From Trueperaceae bacterium (GTDB taxonomy: Bacteria; Deinococcota; Deinococci; Deinococcales; Trueperaceae), in assembly GCA_040905465.1 (NCBI GenBank), contig JBBDRK010000049.1:290413-311673 (forward strand): DNA of 21,261 nt, in the 5' to 3' direction. This document shows positions 1 through 10,374 of this stretch, piece after piece; positions within the stretch are counted from its first letter, which is position 1; the number at the start of each line of letters is the position of its first letter. The notes under the pieces were generated by a model. The model was given only the letters and a program-made list of their open reading frames with translations, was not told the DNA's origin and made no database searches. Made by a program: the position numbers and the translations under genes.

Positions 1-96
1 GGTACCTGGCGGCATCCTGATTCGTGGGTCCTGGGCCCTACGCGTGGGTGCGGGGCCCGTAGTTGCTGCGACGGTCGGCCGGCGCCCGGTTACGGC

Positions 97-1452
<1,356 letters not shown>

Positions 1453-1485
1453 TGCGGGTGGAGTCCTCTCCATATAGCAACGGGC

Positions 1486-1494
1486 AGTTTAACA
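1486..1494 (-). promoter_or_regulatory. Extended -10 promoter of dnaA (TGtTAAACT)
   Basis: TGnTANNNT on the minus strand, 33 nt upstream of the GTG start. Confidence 0.55.
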
Positions 1495-1582
1495 GACTCG
1501 GAGAGGGTCGCGGCAGCGAATCGGCTTGCTTCCGAGGTCTCGCTCGGGAACGCGGATTGCACCGGTTTCCGGCGCCGCGGGC

Positions 1583-1588
1583 TATACT
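1583..1588 (+). promoter_or_regulatory. Candidate -10 (TATACT) for the mnmG-rsmG-parAB operon
   Basis: Near-consensus hexamer in a GC-rich intergenic region. No clear -35. Confidence 0.35.
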
Positions 1589-1743
1589 GTCTGGCTACCC
1601 GACGTGCTGTCTGGTGTCCCGTGATCGGCGGCAAGGTCGCGCGGGCCACTGATCGGCAAACCGTCGTGGTGACCAGAAGGTGCACGCGGGCAGCTGAGCT
1701 GCCGGCAAATGGGGATACCGTCGGGGGGTATGGAGAGCGAGTT

Positions 1744-3561
1744 ATGAGATTCGACGCGATCATTGTTGGAGGAGGTCACGCCGGCATCGAGGCTGCCCAC
1801 GCTGTGGCCCGGCTCGGCGGCAACGTCGCGCTGGTGCTGCCCAACCCCGATCGTATCGGGTTGATGCCCTGTAATCCTGCTATCGGCGGGCCGGGCAAGT
1901 CGCAACTCGTGTTCGAGCTCACCGCCCTAGGTGGCGTAATGGGGGCTCTAGCCGACTCTACCGCCATCCATGCCCGCACCCTCAATTCCAGCAAGGGGCC
2001 GGCTGTGCAGTCTTTGCGAGTGCAGAACGAGCGCGACGGGTATGCCGCCGCCGCTCGCGAGTTGGTTGAAGCGACCTCCGGAATCGAGATCGTCCGGGGC
2101 GAGGTGGCGGCCCTCGAGGTCGAGTCTGGTGAGGTTGTTGGCTGTTCGCTGGCCGATGGCCGGCGGCTGGATGCGCGCAGCGTCGTGCTCTGCACCGGCA
2201 CGTTTCTGGCCGGGGTGGTCTGGTACGGCAAGTTGCAGCGGGAGGCGGGTCGCCAGGGCGAAGCGCCGGCCCGTTACCTTTCGCAAAGCCTGCGCGAGAC
2301 GGGTCACCGGTTGCTGCGATTCAAGACCGGCACGCCGCCACGGATACGGGCCGATTCGGTCGACTTCGGCGTTCTCGAGGAGGTCCCGGCCGACCGGCCG
2401 GCCAACTCTTTCACCGGACGACCAGGCCCACGGGCAACCGACTGCCCTACCTGGCTCACGCATACGACGCCTGCCACCCATGCGCTCATAGAGGAGAACC
2501 TGACGGAGTCGGCGATGTACTCCGGTGAGATCGAGGGCCGGGGTCCGCGCTACTGCCCGTCTATCGAGGACAAGGTCGTACGCTTCGCCGGCAAGGACCG
2601 GCACCTCCTGTTCGTGGAGCCGGACGGAGTGGAGACCAGCGAGGTGTATCTGCAGGGGTTCTCCAGCTCGATGCCCCCCATTCTTCAGGACGACATGATC
2701 CGGACGCTCCCCGGATTCGAGAGCGCGGTGATCCAGCGCTACGCCTACGCCGTTGAGTACGACGCCCTCGACCCCACCCAACTGGACGTCACGCTAATGT
2801 CGAAGCGCCTGCCGGGTCTGTTCAGCGCCGGTCAGATCAACGGCACCAGTGGCTACGAGGAAGCGGCGGCCCAGGGGCTCGTTGCCGGGGTGAACGCTGC
2901 GCGCAGGGCGTTCGGCCAAGGTCCGGTAACGGTAAGGCGCGATCAGGGTTACCTGGGGGTGCTGCTAGACGACCTGGTTCGCTGGGGAATCGACGAGCCG
3001 TACCGCATGCTCACCTCCAGGAACGAGTATCGACTGCTCCACCGTCAGGACAACGCGGCGGAACGGCTGCTGCCGCTGGGCCACGAGTGGGGCATGGTGG
3101 ACGACGAGGCGCTCGCGTCTTTGCGGCAGAGTGAGGCGCGGGTTCGAAGTGAACTCGAGCGGCTGGCCCGCACCCGGGTAGCAGGCGAGCCGGCGAGCAA
3201 GGCCCTGTCGCGGCCGGGGACCGGTTATCGGGATGTCGTCGAACTGGTAGGCGGCGCGACTCCACCGTTGCAGCCAAAGGAGGCCGAAAAGGTCGCGATC
3301 CTGGTGAAGTACGCCTCCTATATCGAGCGGAGCCGTAAGGAGTTGGACGCCCGGCGCGAGTACGAGGAGCTGGCCCTCGACGCGGTCGATTTTCGCGTGG
3401 TGTCCAGCCTGTCGAACGAGGGCCGCGAGGTGCTCGAGCGCGCGCGGCCGGCCACCCTGGGTGCAGCGCAGCGCGTACGCGGCGTGCGCGATAGCGACGT
3501 CACTGCGTTGCTTGTACACGTAAAGCGGCGCAATGTTTCACGTGAAACAATCAGCGGCTGA
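1744..3561 (+). CDS. mnmG: tRNA uridine-5-carboxymethylaminomethyl(34) synthesis enzyme MnmG (GidA)
   Basis: FAD motif [13 protein letters not shown], plus [50 protein letters not shown] and EPYRMLTSR. Start placed at ATG 1744 (GGAG 8 nt upstream), not at 1282. Confidence 0.98.
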   Translation: MRFDAIIVGGGHAGIEAAHAVARLGGNVALVLPNPDRIGLMPCNPAIGGPGKSQLVFELTALGGVMGALADSTAIHARTLNSSKGPAVQSLRVQNERDGYAAAARELVEATSGIEIVRGEVAALEVESGEVVGCSLADGRRLDARSVVLCTGTFLAGVVWYGKLQREAGRQGEAPARYLSQSLRETGHRLLRFKTGTPPRIRADSVDFGVLEEVPADRPANSFTGRPGPRATDCPTWLTHTTPATHALIEENLTESAMYSGEIEGRGPRYCPSIEDKVVRFAGKDRHLLFVEPDGVETSEVYLQGFSSSMPPILQDDMIRTLPGFESAVIQRYAYAVEYDALDPTQLDVTLMSKRLPGLFSAGQINGTSGYEEAAAQGLVAGVNAARRAFGQGPVTVRRDQGYLGVLLDDLVRWGIDEPYRMLTSRNEYRLLHRQDNAAERLLPLGHEWGMVDDEALASLRQSEARVRSELERLARTRVAGEPASKALSRPGTGYRDVVELVGGATPPLQPKEAEKVAILVKYASYIERSRKELDARREYEELALDAVDFRVVSSLSNEGREVLERARPATLGAAQRVRGVRDSDVTALLVHVKRRNVSRETISG

Positions 3562-4147
3562 GGGCCTGACCGAATATCGAGAGTTGGTCGAGCGCTACCA
3601 CACGACCCTCGACCTCGTTTCGGATCGAGCGCTGGCATCTTTTAGCACCCTGATCGAAGAGGCCGAGCGCTACGCGGACCTGGTCGCCTCACTCTCCCCC
3701 GCTGCCGACTCGATACTCGACCTCGGCTCCGGTGTCGGCCTTCCAGGTATCCCGCTGGCACTGGCACTCCCGGCCAGCCGGGTCGTGTTGGTGGAGCGCC
3801 GGCGCCGGCGTGCCTCGTTCCTGCGGATCGTGGCGTCGCAACTGTCGCTTGGGAACGTAACGGTGGTGCATGACGACGTGCGCTCGATTCACGGGCCGTG
3901 TGTGGACGTGATTACCGCGCAGGCGGTGGGGAGCTTGCGAGAGGTATACCGACTTTCGCGGCATCTGACCGGTGAGAGCGTGTGGCTGGTGAGCAGGAAG
4001 GGTCCCCGGTGGGTGGCCGAGTTGGCGGAGTTGGAGGCCGAGCTCGGCGCTAGTGCGACCGAGGTGCGCGAGGAGGCGCTCCCACCCCATGGTACGCTCG
4101 TGGCAGTTTTGTTGCCGGGAGGCTCCGCTTGCCCACCATCGGGGTGA
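3533..4147 (+). CDS. rsmG: RsmG/GidB-family SAM-dependent methyltransferase, strongly diverged
   Basis: SAM motif [17 protein letters not shown], then VLVE..RRASFL and a KG motif. It occupies the canonical position between mnmG and parA. Several family motifs are altered (see findings). Confidence 0.85.
   Translation: MFHVKQSAAEGLTEYRELVERYHTTLDLVSDRALASFSTLIEEAERYADLVASLSPAADSILDLGSGVGLPGIPLALALPASRVVLVERRRRRASFLRIVASQLSLGNVTVVHDDVRSIHGPCVDVITAQAVGSLREVYRLSRHLTGESVWLVSRKGPRWVAELAELEAELGASATEVREEALPPHGTLVAVLLPGGSACPPSG
3534..3549. promoter_or_regulatory. parS centromere-like site
   Basis: Perfect palindrome TGTTTCACGTGAAACA, the consensus chromosomal parS, upstream of parAB. Confidence 0.95.
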
Positions 4148-4887
4148 TCAATCAGAAGGGGGGCGTCGGCAAGACCACTACGGCCGTCAACCTCGCGGCC
4201 GCTCTAGCCGAACAGCGCCGTATTCTGCTGGTCGACCTGGACCCGCAGGCGAACGCCAGTTCCGGCCTGGGCATCGAATCTCCGACGCACACAATTTACG
4301 ACGTCCTGGTGGGCCGCGTGGCCGCACGGCAGGCGGTAGTGAGTTGCGGGCAGGCGAACCTCTCGGTGATCCCCGCCTCTGCCGACCTGGCGGGCGCCGC
4401 CGTCGAGTTCGATGCCTCCACCGAGAACATGCAGCTCCTGGCTCGCACACTCATGGGAGTGCGGCCGAATTACGACTTCATCGTTATCGACGCGCCACCT
4501 TCGATGGGGTCCCTTACGCTCAACTCGCTCGCTGCCGCGGATCTGCTGATAGTTCCATTGCAGACGGAGTATTACGCCCTGGAGGGGATCGCGGGGATGT
4601 TGGACACCGTGAGCCGTGTGCAAGGCGGCCTCAACCGCAACCTCAGCATCCTCGGGATCCTCCTGACCATGTTCGACAGCCGAACGAAGCTCTCGCAGCA
4701 GGTCGAGGAGAACGTGAGGGCGCACCTCGGGGATCAGGTTTTCGGCACCGTGATTCCCCGGAGTATTCGGCTCGCCGAGGCGCCGTCCTACGGACTGCCG
4801 ATCTTCGATTACGCGCCGGGATCGAGTGGGGCGGAAGCATATCGCAAGCTTGCCCAGGAGGTGTTGCAGCGTGTCAGCCAAGCCTAG
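4129..4887 (+). CDS. parA: Chromosome partitioning ATPase ParA (Soj)
   Basis: Deviant Walker [12 protein letters not shown], plus DLDPQAN, IDAPP and [11 protein letters not shown] start with GGGAGG SD. Confidence 0.97.
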   Translation: MPTIGVINQKGGVGKTTTAVNLAAALAEQRRILLVDLDPQANASSGLGIESPTHTIYDVLVGRVAARQAVVSCGQANLSVIPASADLAGAAVEFDASTENMQLLARTLMGVRPNYDFIVIDAPPSMGSLTLNSLAAADLLIVPLQTEYYALEGIAGMLDTVSRVQGGLNRNLSILGILLTMFDSRTKLSQQVEENVRAHLGDQVFGTVIPRSIRLAEAPSYGLPIFDYAPGSSGAEAYRKLAQEVLQRVSQA

Positions 4888-5683
4888 AGGTCTCGGTCGC
4901 GGACTCGATGCCCTGTTGCCCAAGGCCGAACGAGGGCCGCAGTCGATGGAGATCGACATGTTGCATCCGGCTCCCGGCCAACCGCGCAAGCGGTTCGACC
5001 CGGCGGCGATCGCGGAGTTGACCGCGTCGATCGCGGAAAAGGGCGTGTTGCAGCCGTTGCTGGTGAGGCCACGCGAAGAGGGATTCGAAATCGTGGCGGG
5101 GGAGAGGCGCTATCGGGCGGCCAAGGAGGCCGGGCTGAGCCACGTCCCGGTCGTCGTGCGAGAGCTGAGCGACCAGGAATCGTTGGAGATCGCGATCGTC
5201 GAGAATCTCCAACGCGAGAACCTGAATCCGGTAGAGGAGGCGCGAGCGTTTCGCCAGCTGCTGGAGTTCGGTGCGAGCCAGGAGGACGTCGCCAGGGCCG
5301 TCGGGAAGAGCCGCAGTGCGGTCGCCAACTCGCTACGCCTGCTTTCCTTGCCCGAGCGGGCGCTGCAGGCGCTCGAAGAGGGCGAGATAAGCGCCGGGCA
5401 CGCCAGGGCCGTTCTGGCGCAACCGGACGAGGACCGTGACTGGGCGCTCGGCCGGATCATCGACGGCGGGCTCACGGTGAGACAGGCCGAAGGCCTCAAG
5501 CGTGTCGCGCCGGCGAGTCGCAACGTCTCCGACGGGCGCTATCGGCAGTTGGAAGACGAGTTGACGCGCCATGCCGGTACTCGGGTCAAGGTAACCGGGG
5601 GCAAGCGTGGGCGGATAGAGCTTCATTTTCACTCCGATGACGAGCTGCAGCGACTGCTCGAGCTCCTCGGGTATGAGGCGTGA
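4871..5683 (+). CDS. parB: Chromosome partitioning CTPase ParB (Spo0J)
   Basis: N-terminal [14 protein letters not shown] motif [15 protein letters not shown] and [15 protein letters not shown] start at 4871 with GGAGGT SD. Confidence 0.97.
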   Translation: MSAKPRGLGRGLDALLPKAERGPQSMEIDMLHPAPGQPRKRFDPAAIAELTASIAEKGVLQPLLVRPREEGFEIVAGERRYRAAKEAGLSHVPVVVRELSDQESLEIAIVENLQRENLNPVEEARAFRQLLEFGASQEDVARAVGKSRSAVANSLRLLSLPERALQALEEGEISAGHARAVLAQPDEDRDWALGRIIDGGLTVRQAEGLKRVAPASRNVSDGRYRQLEDELTRHAGTRVKVTGGKRGRIELHFHSDDELQRLLELLGYEA

Positions 5684-5766
5684 GCGTCCGGCACAGATAG
5701 CAGAAGGTGTGCCGACGATCCGCAAGTGTAGTGCCGCAGCGATTCACAGGTTGTCTCGTGGTCTTG

Positions 5767-5782
5767 CGTTTCACGTGAAACA
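5767..5782. promoter_or_regulatory. Second parS site
   Basis: CGTTTCACGTGAAACA, 15/16 match to the palindromic consensus, 83 bp downstream of parB. Confidence 0.9.
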
Positions 5783-5932
5783 GGGGGAGCGGTGGGGCTG
5801 CCAGCGAGGTGGCCAATGGGACGGCCGGGCGCGCGGCCGGCGGCGCACCGGGCGGCGCACCCGACAGTGCCACCCGACTGCGCACCGGGCTGATCATCTC
5901 GTGGGGCGGCCCGATTGGCCCATTACGGCGAG

Positions 5933-5941
5933 TGTTACGAT
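5933..5941 (+). promoter_or_regulatory. Extended -10 promoter candidate for mdh (TGtTACGAT)
   Basis: TGnTANNNT, 117 nt upstream of the mdh ATG. Confidence 0.45.
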
Positions 5942-6058
5942 GCAGCCGAGCATCGATGAGGATCTTTCTGGTTCGAGGGGCGGCTGCAAGAGGCGGTGAC
6001 GGCAGGAGCGCCAGCACACTAGGTGCGAAAACAGGTGCCGGCACGTCGGAGGAGATCG

Positions 6059-7036
6059 ATGAAAGACCCAGTTCGTGTAGCAGTTACGGGAGCGGCGGGA
6101 CAAATCGGATACGCCTTGCTGTTCAGGATCGCGTCAGGAGACATGCTGGGTAAGGATCAGCCGGTCGTCCTGCAGTTGTTGGAGATAACCCCGGCTCTGA
6201 AGGCCCTGGAAGGCGTGGTCATGGAGTTGAATGACGCCGCCTTTCCGCTCCTGCACGGGATCTCGACCAGTGACGACGCGACGGTGGCGTTCAACGGCGC
6301 GGAAGTCGCGATGCTCGTTGGCTCCCGGCCGCGGGGCCCGGGCATGGAGCGGAAAGACCTGCTGGAAGCGAACGGCAAGATCTTCACCGGCCAGGGCAAG
6401 GCGCTGAACGATCACGCGTCGCGTGATGTGAAGGTGCTGGTAGTGGGTAATCCCGCAAATACGAATGCGCTGATCGCCATGCGCAGCGCGCCCGACCTGG
6501 CGCCTGAGCAATTTTCGGCGATGACGCGGCTCGACCACAATCGGGCGCTCAGTCAGTTGGCCCAGGAAACCGGAGCCAGAGTGGCTGACGTAAAACGTAT
6601 TACGATCTGGGGGAATCATTCCAGCACGCAGGTGCCGGATATCGGTGAAGCGACGGTAGCGGGAAAGCCGGCGGTAGAGTTGGTATCGCAGGAGTGGGTG
6701 CGCGAGAGCTTCATACCGCGGGTGCAGAAACGCGGGGCGGAGATCATTGAGGCGCGCGGTGCGTCCAGCGCAGCCTCGGCAGCGGCCGCCGCGGTGGACC
6801 ACGTCCGGAGCTGGGTGAGCGGGACGCCCGAAGGCGACTGGGTGAGCATGGCCGTTCCCAGCCGTGGCGAATACGGCGTGGCAGAGGGAATCGTCTACTC
6901 CTTTCCGGTGAAGATCGCGAACGGGCGGCCCGAAATCGTTGAAGGAGTGCAGCCGAGCGAAGACGTCAGGGCACGAATGAAGATCAGTGAGGCCGAACTG
7001 CTGGAGGAGCGCGTGGCGGTATCCGGCCTGCTATGA
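6059..7036 (+). CDS. mdh: Malate dehydrogenase (type 2, Thermus-like)
   Basis: [42 protein letters not shown] and [11 protein letters not shown] 6059 with GGAGGAG SD. Confidence 0.97.
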   Translation: MKDPVRVAVTGAAGQIGYALLFRIASGDMLGKDQPVVLQLLEITPALKALEGVVMELNDAAFPLLHGISTSDDATVAFNGAEVAMLVGSRPRGPGMERKDLLEANGKIFTGQGKALNDHASRDVKVLVVGNPANTNALIAMRSAPDLAPEQFSAMTRLDHNRALSQLAQETGARVADVKRITIWGNHSSTQVPDIGEATVAGKPAVELVSQEWVRESFIPRVQKRGAEIIEARGASSAASAAAAAVDHVRSWVSGTPEGDWVSMAVPSRGEYGVAEGIVYSFPVKIANGRPEIVEGVQPSEDVRARMKISEAELLEERVAVSGLL

Positions 7037-7216
7037 GCGCGGGCTTCGATCCGGCCGTCGGCCCGGCCGCGACTTTTCGAAGATGGGCTGGTTCCGCCGC
7101 AGCCGCCGTGCCCGATACGGTTTCGCGTCGCTGCACGAGTGCCGCGCAGCGACGCTCCACTCGTTGCTCTCCTAACGGTACTCGTGTCGGGCAGGACCAC
7201 CATTTTGGCGGCGCCG

Positions 7217-7225
7217 TGATAGAAT
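7217..7225 (+). promoter_or_regulatory. Extended -10 (TGaTAGAAT), leaderless promoter
   Basis: Lies 7 nt before ATG 7233, and no SD is present. Confidence 0.7.
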
Positions 7226-7232
7226 CCAGACG

Positions 7233-7574
7233 ATGTCGGAAGATGAAAAAGCGTGTCCAGTACACGCAGCGATCGATCTCCTGCAGACAAAGTGGACCCT
7301 CCACGTCATCAGGAGCCTGCTCGCTGGCCCTGCCGGGTTCAACGAGCTGAGCCGCGCCTCTGGCGGTTGTAATCCGACCACCCTGGCACAACGCTTGGAA
7401 CATCTCTGCCGGCTCGGTCTCGTCGAGAAGACCGTGATCTCGTCGCTACCTCCCAAAACCAGTTATGCGCTCACTCCCGAGGGAGCGAGGCTCGAGCAGG
7501 TGATCGGGGCGATCGAGGGTTGGGCGCGTGAGCGCGACGCACCCGTCCCATTGGCGCAACCCGGCAGCGCCTAG
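7233..7574 (+). CDS. HxlR/DUF24-family winged-helix transcriptional regulator
   Basis: CPV..AIDLL..KW, FNEL, TLAQRL, PPKTSYALT.EG and a terminal IEGW. Has the N-terminal Cys typical of thiol/quinone-sensing members. Confidence 0.9.
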   Translation: MSEDEKACPVHAAIDLLQTKWTLHVIRSLLAGPAGFNELSRASGGCNPTTLAQRLEHLCRLGLVEKTVISSLPPKTSYALTPEGARLEQVIGAIEGWARERDAPVPLAQPGSA

Positions 7575-7715
7575 GCTGGCCGTGGCCGGGCCGGTTTGGC
7601 CTTGATAGGGCAGTACCGAACCGCCGCCTTGCCGAGACCACGCTGCAGCCTGTACCGGACGACGATCCTTGAATCGGAACTGAAGTCGGAAGGATTCCGA
7701 CCTGGCGACGTTACA

Positions 7716-7724
7716 TGCTACACT
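7716..7724 (+). promoter_or_regulatory. Extended -10 (TGcTACACT) for the Fur-family gene
   Basis: TGnTANNNT about 30-55 nt upstream of the candidate starts. Confidence 0.55.
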
Positions 7725-7777
7725 GACGCTAGTCACGTCGGGATTTCGAGTCGATGCATATGGCGAATACAGGTGGC

Positions 7778-8245
7778 ATGAGCAATACCGAGCGAACCGA
7801 AAACATCCGTGCCCTGTTGCGCCGCCACGGCCTCCGGTACAGCAGGCCGCGCGAGGCGATCATGGAGTTGTTCCGCGACGGAAGCACTCACGTGAGCGCC
7901 GAGAGCCTGCATGTGTCGCTCAAGCACCGAGGTGAAGACGTCAGCTTGTCGACCGTCTACCTGAACCTCAACGTACTGCGCGACGCGGGACTGGTGCAGG
8001 AGTTCAGGGGCGTGGGAGGCGAGTCGCTTTACGATCACAACGTCATGCCGCATTACCATCTGATCTGCCGCGAAACCGGTGAGGTGGTCGACGTGCCCGC
8101 GATAGAGATCGACGGCGTTCCGCTGGGGCGCTTCCTCAAGGACCGGGTCGAGCGGGAGACGGGCTGGACCATCGACGAACCGAAGTTCGACCTGCGGGGA
8201 GTTTCGCCTTATGCTCGGAGCGAAGCCGTGGAAGAAGACCGCTAG
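7778..8245 (+). CDS. Fur-family metalloregulator (PerR/Irr-like)
   Basis: GLRYSRPREAI, HVSAE, SLSTVYLNL and YDHNVMPHYHLIC..TGEVVDV. Alternative ATG starts at 7754 and 7760. Confidence 0.88.
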   Translation: MSNTERTENIRALLRRHGLRYSRPREAIMELFRDGSTHVSAESLHVSLKHRGEDVSLSTVYLNLNVLRDAGLVQEFRGVGGESLYDHNVMPHYHLICRETGEVVDVPAIEIDGVPLGRFLKDRVERETGWTIDEPKFDLRGVSPYARSEAVEEDR

Positions 8246-8310
8246 GGTGCGTACGTCGTATCGCTCCGTGGCCGGCTCTACGCCGACTCGCTCCGCGGGA
8301 CGCTGAGCCG

Positions 8311-9132
8311 ATGGAGATTCGCGAGTTGACCGACCTCGCCGAACTGAGATCGTGTGAGCAGATTCAGCGAGTCGTCTGGCACCCCAGCGAGGCGGAAGTG
8401 GTGGGCCTGGGCCAGTTCCGCGCGGCCCAGCACGCCGGCGGGCTGGTCGCGGGCGCTTGGCGCGACGGGGAGCTCATCGGCTTCTGCTACGGTTTCCCCG
8501 CCTACCGAAACGACGCCCACCCGCCTCACGGGCTTCATTCGCACATGACCGCCGTCTTGCCGTCGCTGAGGAATCGCGGGGCGGGACGAGCCCTGAAGTG
8601 GTTCCAGCGCGACTGGTGCCTGGCGCGAAACATCTCCTGGGTGGAGTGGACATTCGATCCACTGCGTGCCGCCAATGCGCGGCTCAACCTCGAATACCTG
8701 GGGGCAACGGTGGGCGAATACCTCATAGACGCCTACGGATCGATGGATGACGACTTCAACTCGGGCGTCCCCAGCGACCGCCTGGTCGCCCGCTGGGATC
8801 TCCACGATCCGGCCGTAGTTTCGCTGCAACGGGGCTGCCAGCGCAGCGCGGATCCCAGGGAGCATACCGTGGTACTCGAATACGGCGCCGAAGACGCGCC
8901 GAACGACGGCTTGCCGTGCTCACCTCGGCTCGACCGGGAGGAAAGCGTTCTCTCGGTAATGGTGCCGCGCGACATCGGACTGCTGTTGCAACGCTCTCCC
9001 CAGAATGCGCTGGCGTGGCGGCTCGCGGTCCGCTCGGCCCTGTGCCACTACATCGAGGCGGGGTACCGGCTCACACGCTTCCTCGACGGCAGCTACCACC
9101 TGGGGCGAAACGACGGTCCGGCCGAGAACTAG
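8311..9132 (+). CDS. GNAT-family acyltransferase (COG3375 type, D-amino-acid N-succinyltransferase-like)
   Basis: LHSHMTAVLP.LRNRGAGRALK, WTFDPL..NARLN..LGA, Y..DAYG..DD.N.G.PSDRL...W and a C-terminal WR..VR. Confidence 0.85.
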   Translation: MEIRELTDLAELRSCEQIQRVVWHPSEAEVVGLGQFRAAQHAGGLVAGAWRDGELIGFCYGFPAYRNDAHPPHGLHSHMTAVLPSLRNRGAGRALKWFQRDWCLARNISWVEWTFDPLRAANARLNLEYLGATVGEYLIDAYGSMDDDFNSGVPSDRLVARWDLHDPAVVSLQRGCQRSADPREHTVVLEYGAEDAPNDGLPCSPRLDREESVLSVMVPRDIGLLLQRSPQNALAWRLAVRSALCHYIEAGYRLTRFLDGSYHLGRNDGPAEN

Positions 9133-9157
9133 CAAGACAAACCTTAGAGAATAGAAA

Positions 9158-9169
9158 GTCAAACTTGAC
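9158..9169. promoter_or_regulatory. Candidate operator GTCAA-AC-TTGAC overlapping the -35
   Basis: A 5-2-5 inverted repeat. Operator function is inferred only. Confidence 0.4.
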
Positions 9170-9193
9170 AATCGCTGATTCGGGTACTAACAT
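9165..9193 (+). promoter_or_regulatory. Sigma70-type promoter TTGACA-N17-TAACAT
   Basis: Perfect -35 at 9165-9170, 17-nt spacer, -10 at 9188-9193, A-rich upstream tract and AGGAGG SD at 9201-9206. Confidence 0.8.
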
Positions 9194-9214
9194 GCGGCCC
9201 AGGAGGCGATCGAA

Positions 9215-9451
9215 GTGTCGTATCAGCTCGAACGGGAAATGCTTGATCGGGTGAACCGTTACCGGCACGAAGCGGACGTTCGCCGGGCTGTCCCGCGCAG
9301 AAGCTTGCGAACCGCGATGGCGGCGACGCTGCGCAGACTGGCCGACAGCCTCGAACCTCGTCGGCCAGGTCCAGGGCCTGCCTGTCGAGGGATCGCTCAG
9401 GCACTGCCGGGCGAGCGGTCGACGGTCGCGCTACATGGAAGGAACCACTAA
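9215..9451 (+). CDS. Small Arg-rich hypothetical protein, first gene of the operon
   Basis: GTG with a strong AGGAGG SD directly after the promoter, helical pattern AATLRRLADSLEP, and a TAATG overlap with the next gene. Confidence 0.65.
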   Translation: MSYQLEREMLDRVNRYRHEADVRRAVPRRSLRTAMAATLRRLADSLEPRRPGPGPACRGIAQALPGERSTVALHGRNH

Positions 9452-10374
9452 TGGACGACCGAGAACGAATCGAGGCGCTGGCCGCGGACGGCCGGATCAC
9501 CCGCGAAGAGGCGGACCGGCTGCTTCGCGTGCTTGACGATATCGACGGCACCGAACGTGAGCTCGACGGGGTGGACGCGGAGGTTGCCCGGCAGGGATCG
9601 GCGAGCGAGCAGCAGGTCGCCGGCGGCGCCGCCGGCAATCCGGATCGACGGGCGCAAGGTCGTCCTGAATCATCGGACAGCGCTCCGCCCCCGCCCCCTC
9701 CGCCATCAGCCGCTTCGGACGCACGCACCTTCGGCGTCGCCCCGGAAGGCATGTCCTGGGTCGAGGTGCAGTTGCTGGCGGGCGATCTGGAGATCGAGGT
9801 GGACGAAGAGCTAAGCACGCCCACGGTGGCGGGCCAGGGGAAAGGGGAGACCACGCTCGAGCAGACCGCCAGGGGCTACCGGCTGCGCGGCGCCGCGGGC
9901 GCTGAAGAGTCGACCTTCCTCGGACGGCTGATCGGCGGCATCACCAGGGGCAACGTGCAGCTGTGGGTACCGAGAGGCTGGGGAGTAAGGCTGGAAATGA
10001 AGGCCGGCGACGTGACAGTGCGTGGCCCGCTGGCGTTTCTCAGCGGACACCTGCTGGCCGGCGATCTCGACGCGGACGAACTGCACGGCGTCGACCTCGA
10101 GGTGAAAGCGGGCGACATCGGTCTCGCGCTTCGCATCACAGAGGGCCGTAACAAGGTTCACGCCGTGGCGGGCGATGTGAGAATCCGGTTGCTCGCCGAC
10201 AGCGACGTGAAACTGTCGGGCCGAGTCAGCATCGGCGACCTGACGGTGCCGAACGAGTGGGGCAGCAGCGGACGCGGGCTCGGCTCGCGCTTCGAACGCA
10301 CGCTGGGACAAGGGAGCGGCAGCCTGGATCTGGCGCTCGGCACGGGCGACCTCGAAGTAGAGGCCGACGCATGA
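9451..10374 (+). CDS. SHOCT-like N-terminus + DUF4097/Toastrack-like beta-repeat protein (YvlB/LiaX-like)
   Basis: N-terminal DRERIEALAADGRITREEADRLL, a Pro-rich linker, and repeated (A/I/T)GD(L/V/I) beta units (LAGDLEI, KAGDVTV, LAGDLDA, KAGDIGL, VAGDVRI, SIGDLTV, GTGDLEV). Confidence 0.78.
   Translation: MDDRERIEALAADGRITREEADRLLRVLDDIDGTERELDGVDAEVARQGSASEQQVAGGAAGNPDRRAQGRPESSDSAPPPPPPPSAASDARTFGVAPEGMSWVEVQLLAGDLEIEVDEELSTPTVAGQGKGETTLEQTARGYRLRGAAGAEESTFLGRLIGGITRGNVQLWVPRGWGVRLEMKAGDVTVRGPLAFLSGHLLAGDLDADELHGVDLEVKAGDIGLALRITEGRNKVHAVAGDVRIRLLADSDVKLSGRVSIGDLTVPNEWGSSGRGLGSRFERTLGQGSGSLDLALGTGDLEVEADA

Noticed and set aside
1..96. oriC / DnaA-box array downstream of dnaA
   Set aside because: No TTATCCACA or TGTGGATAA-like box is present, only a weak repeat (cgtgggt..gggccc twice). 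The origin probably lies just outside the window.
1474..1743. DnaA boxes in the dnaA-mnmG intergenic region
   Set aside because: The best hit I saw, TGGGGATAC (1710-1718), has two mismatches and is isolated.
3512..3527. Third parS-like sequence TTGTACACGTAAAGCG
   Set aside because: Only 10/16 match to the consensus.
5586..6153. ORFs in the parB-mdh gap, including FHVK-containing ones on both strands
   Set aside because: FHVK is simply the translated parS palindrome; the rest is low-complexity Arg/Gly/Ala/Pro with no start signals.
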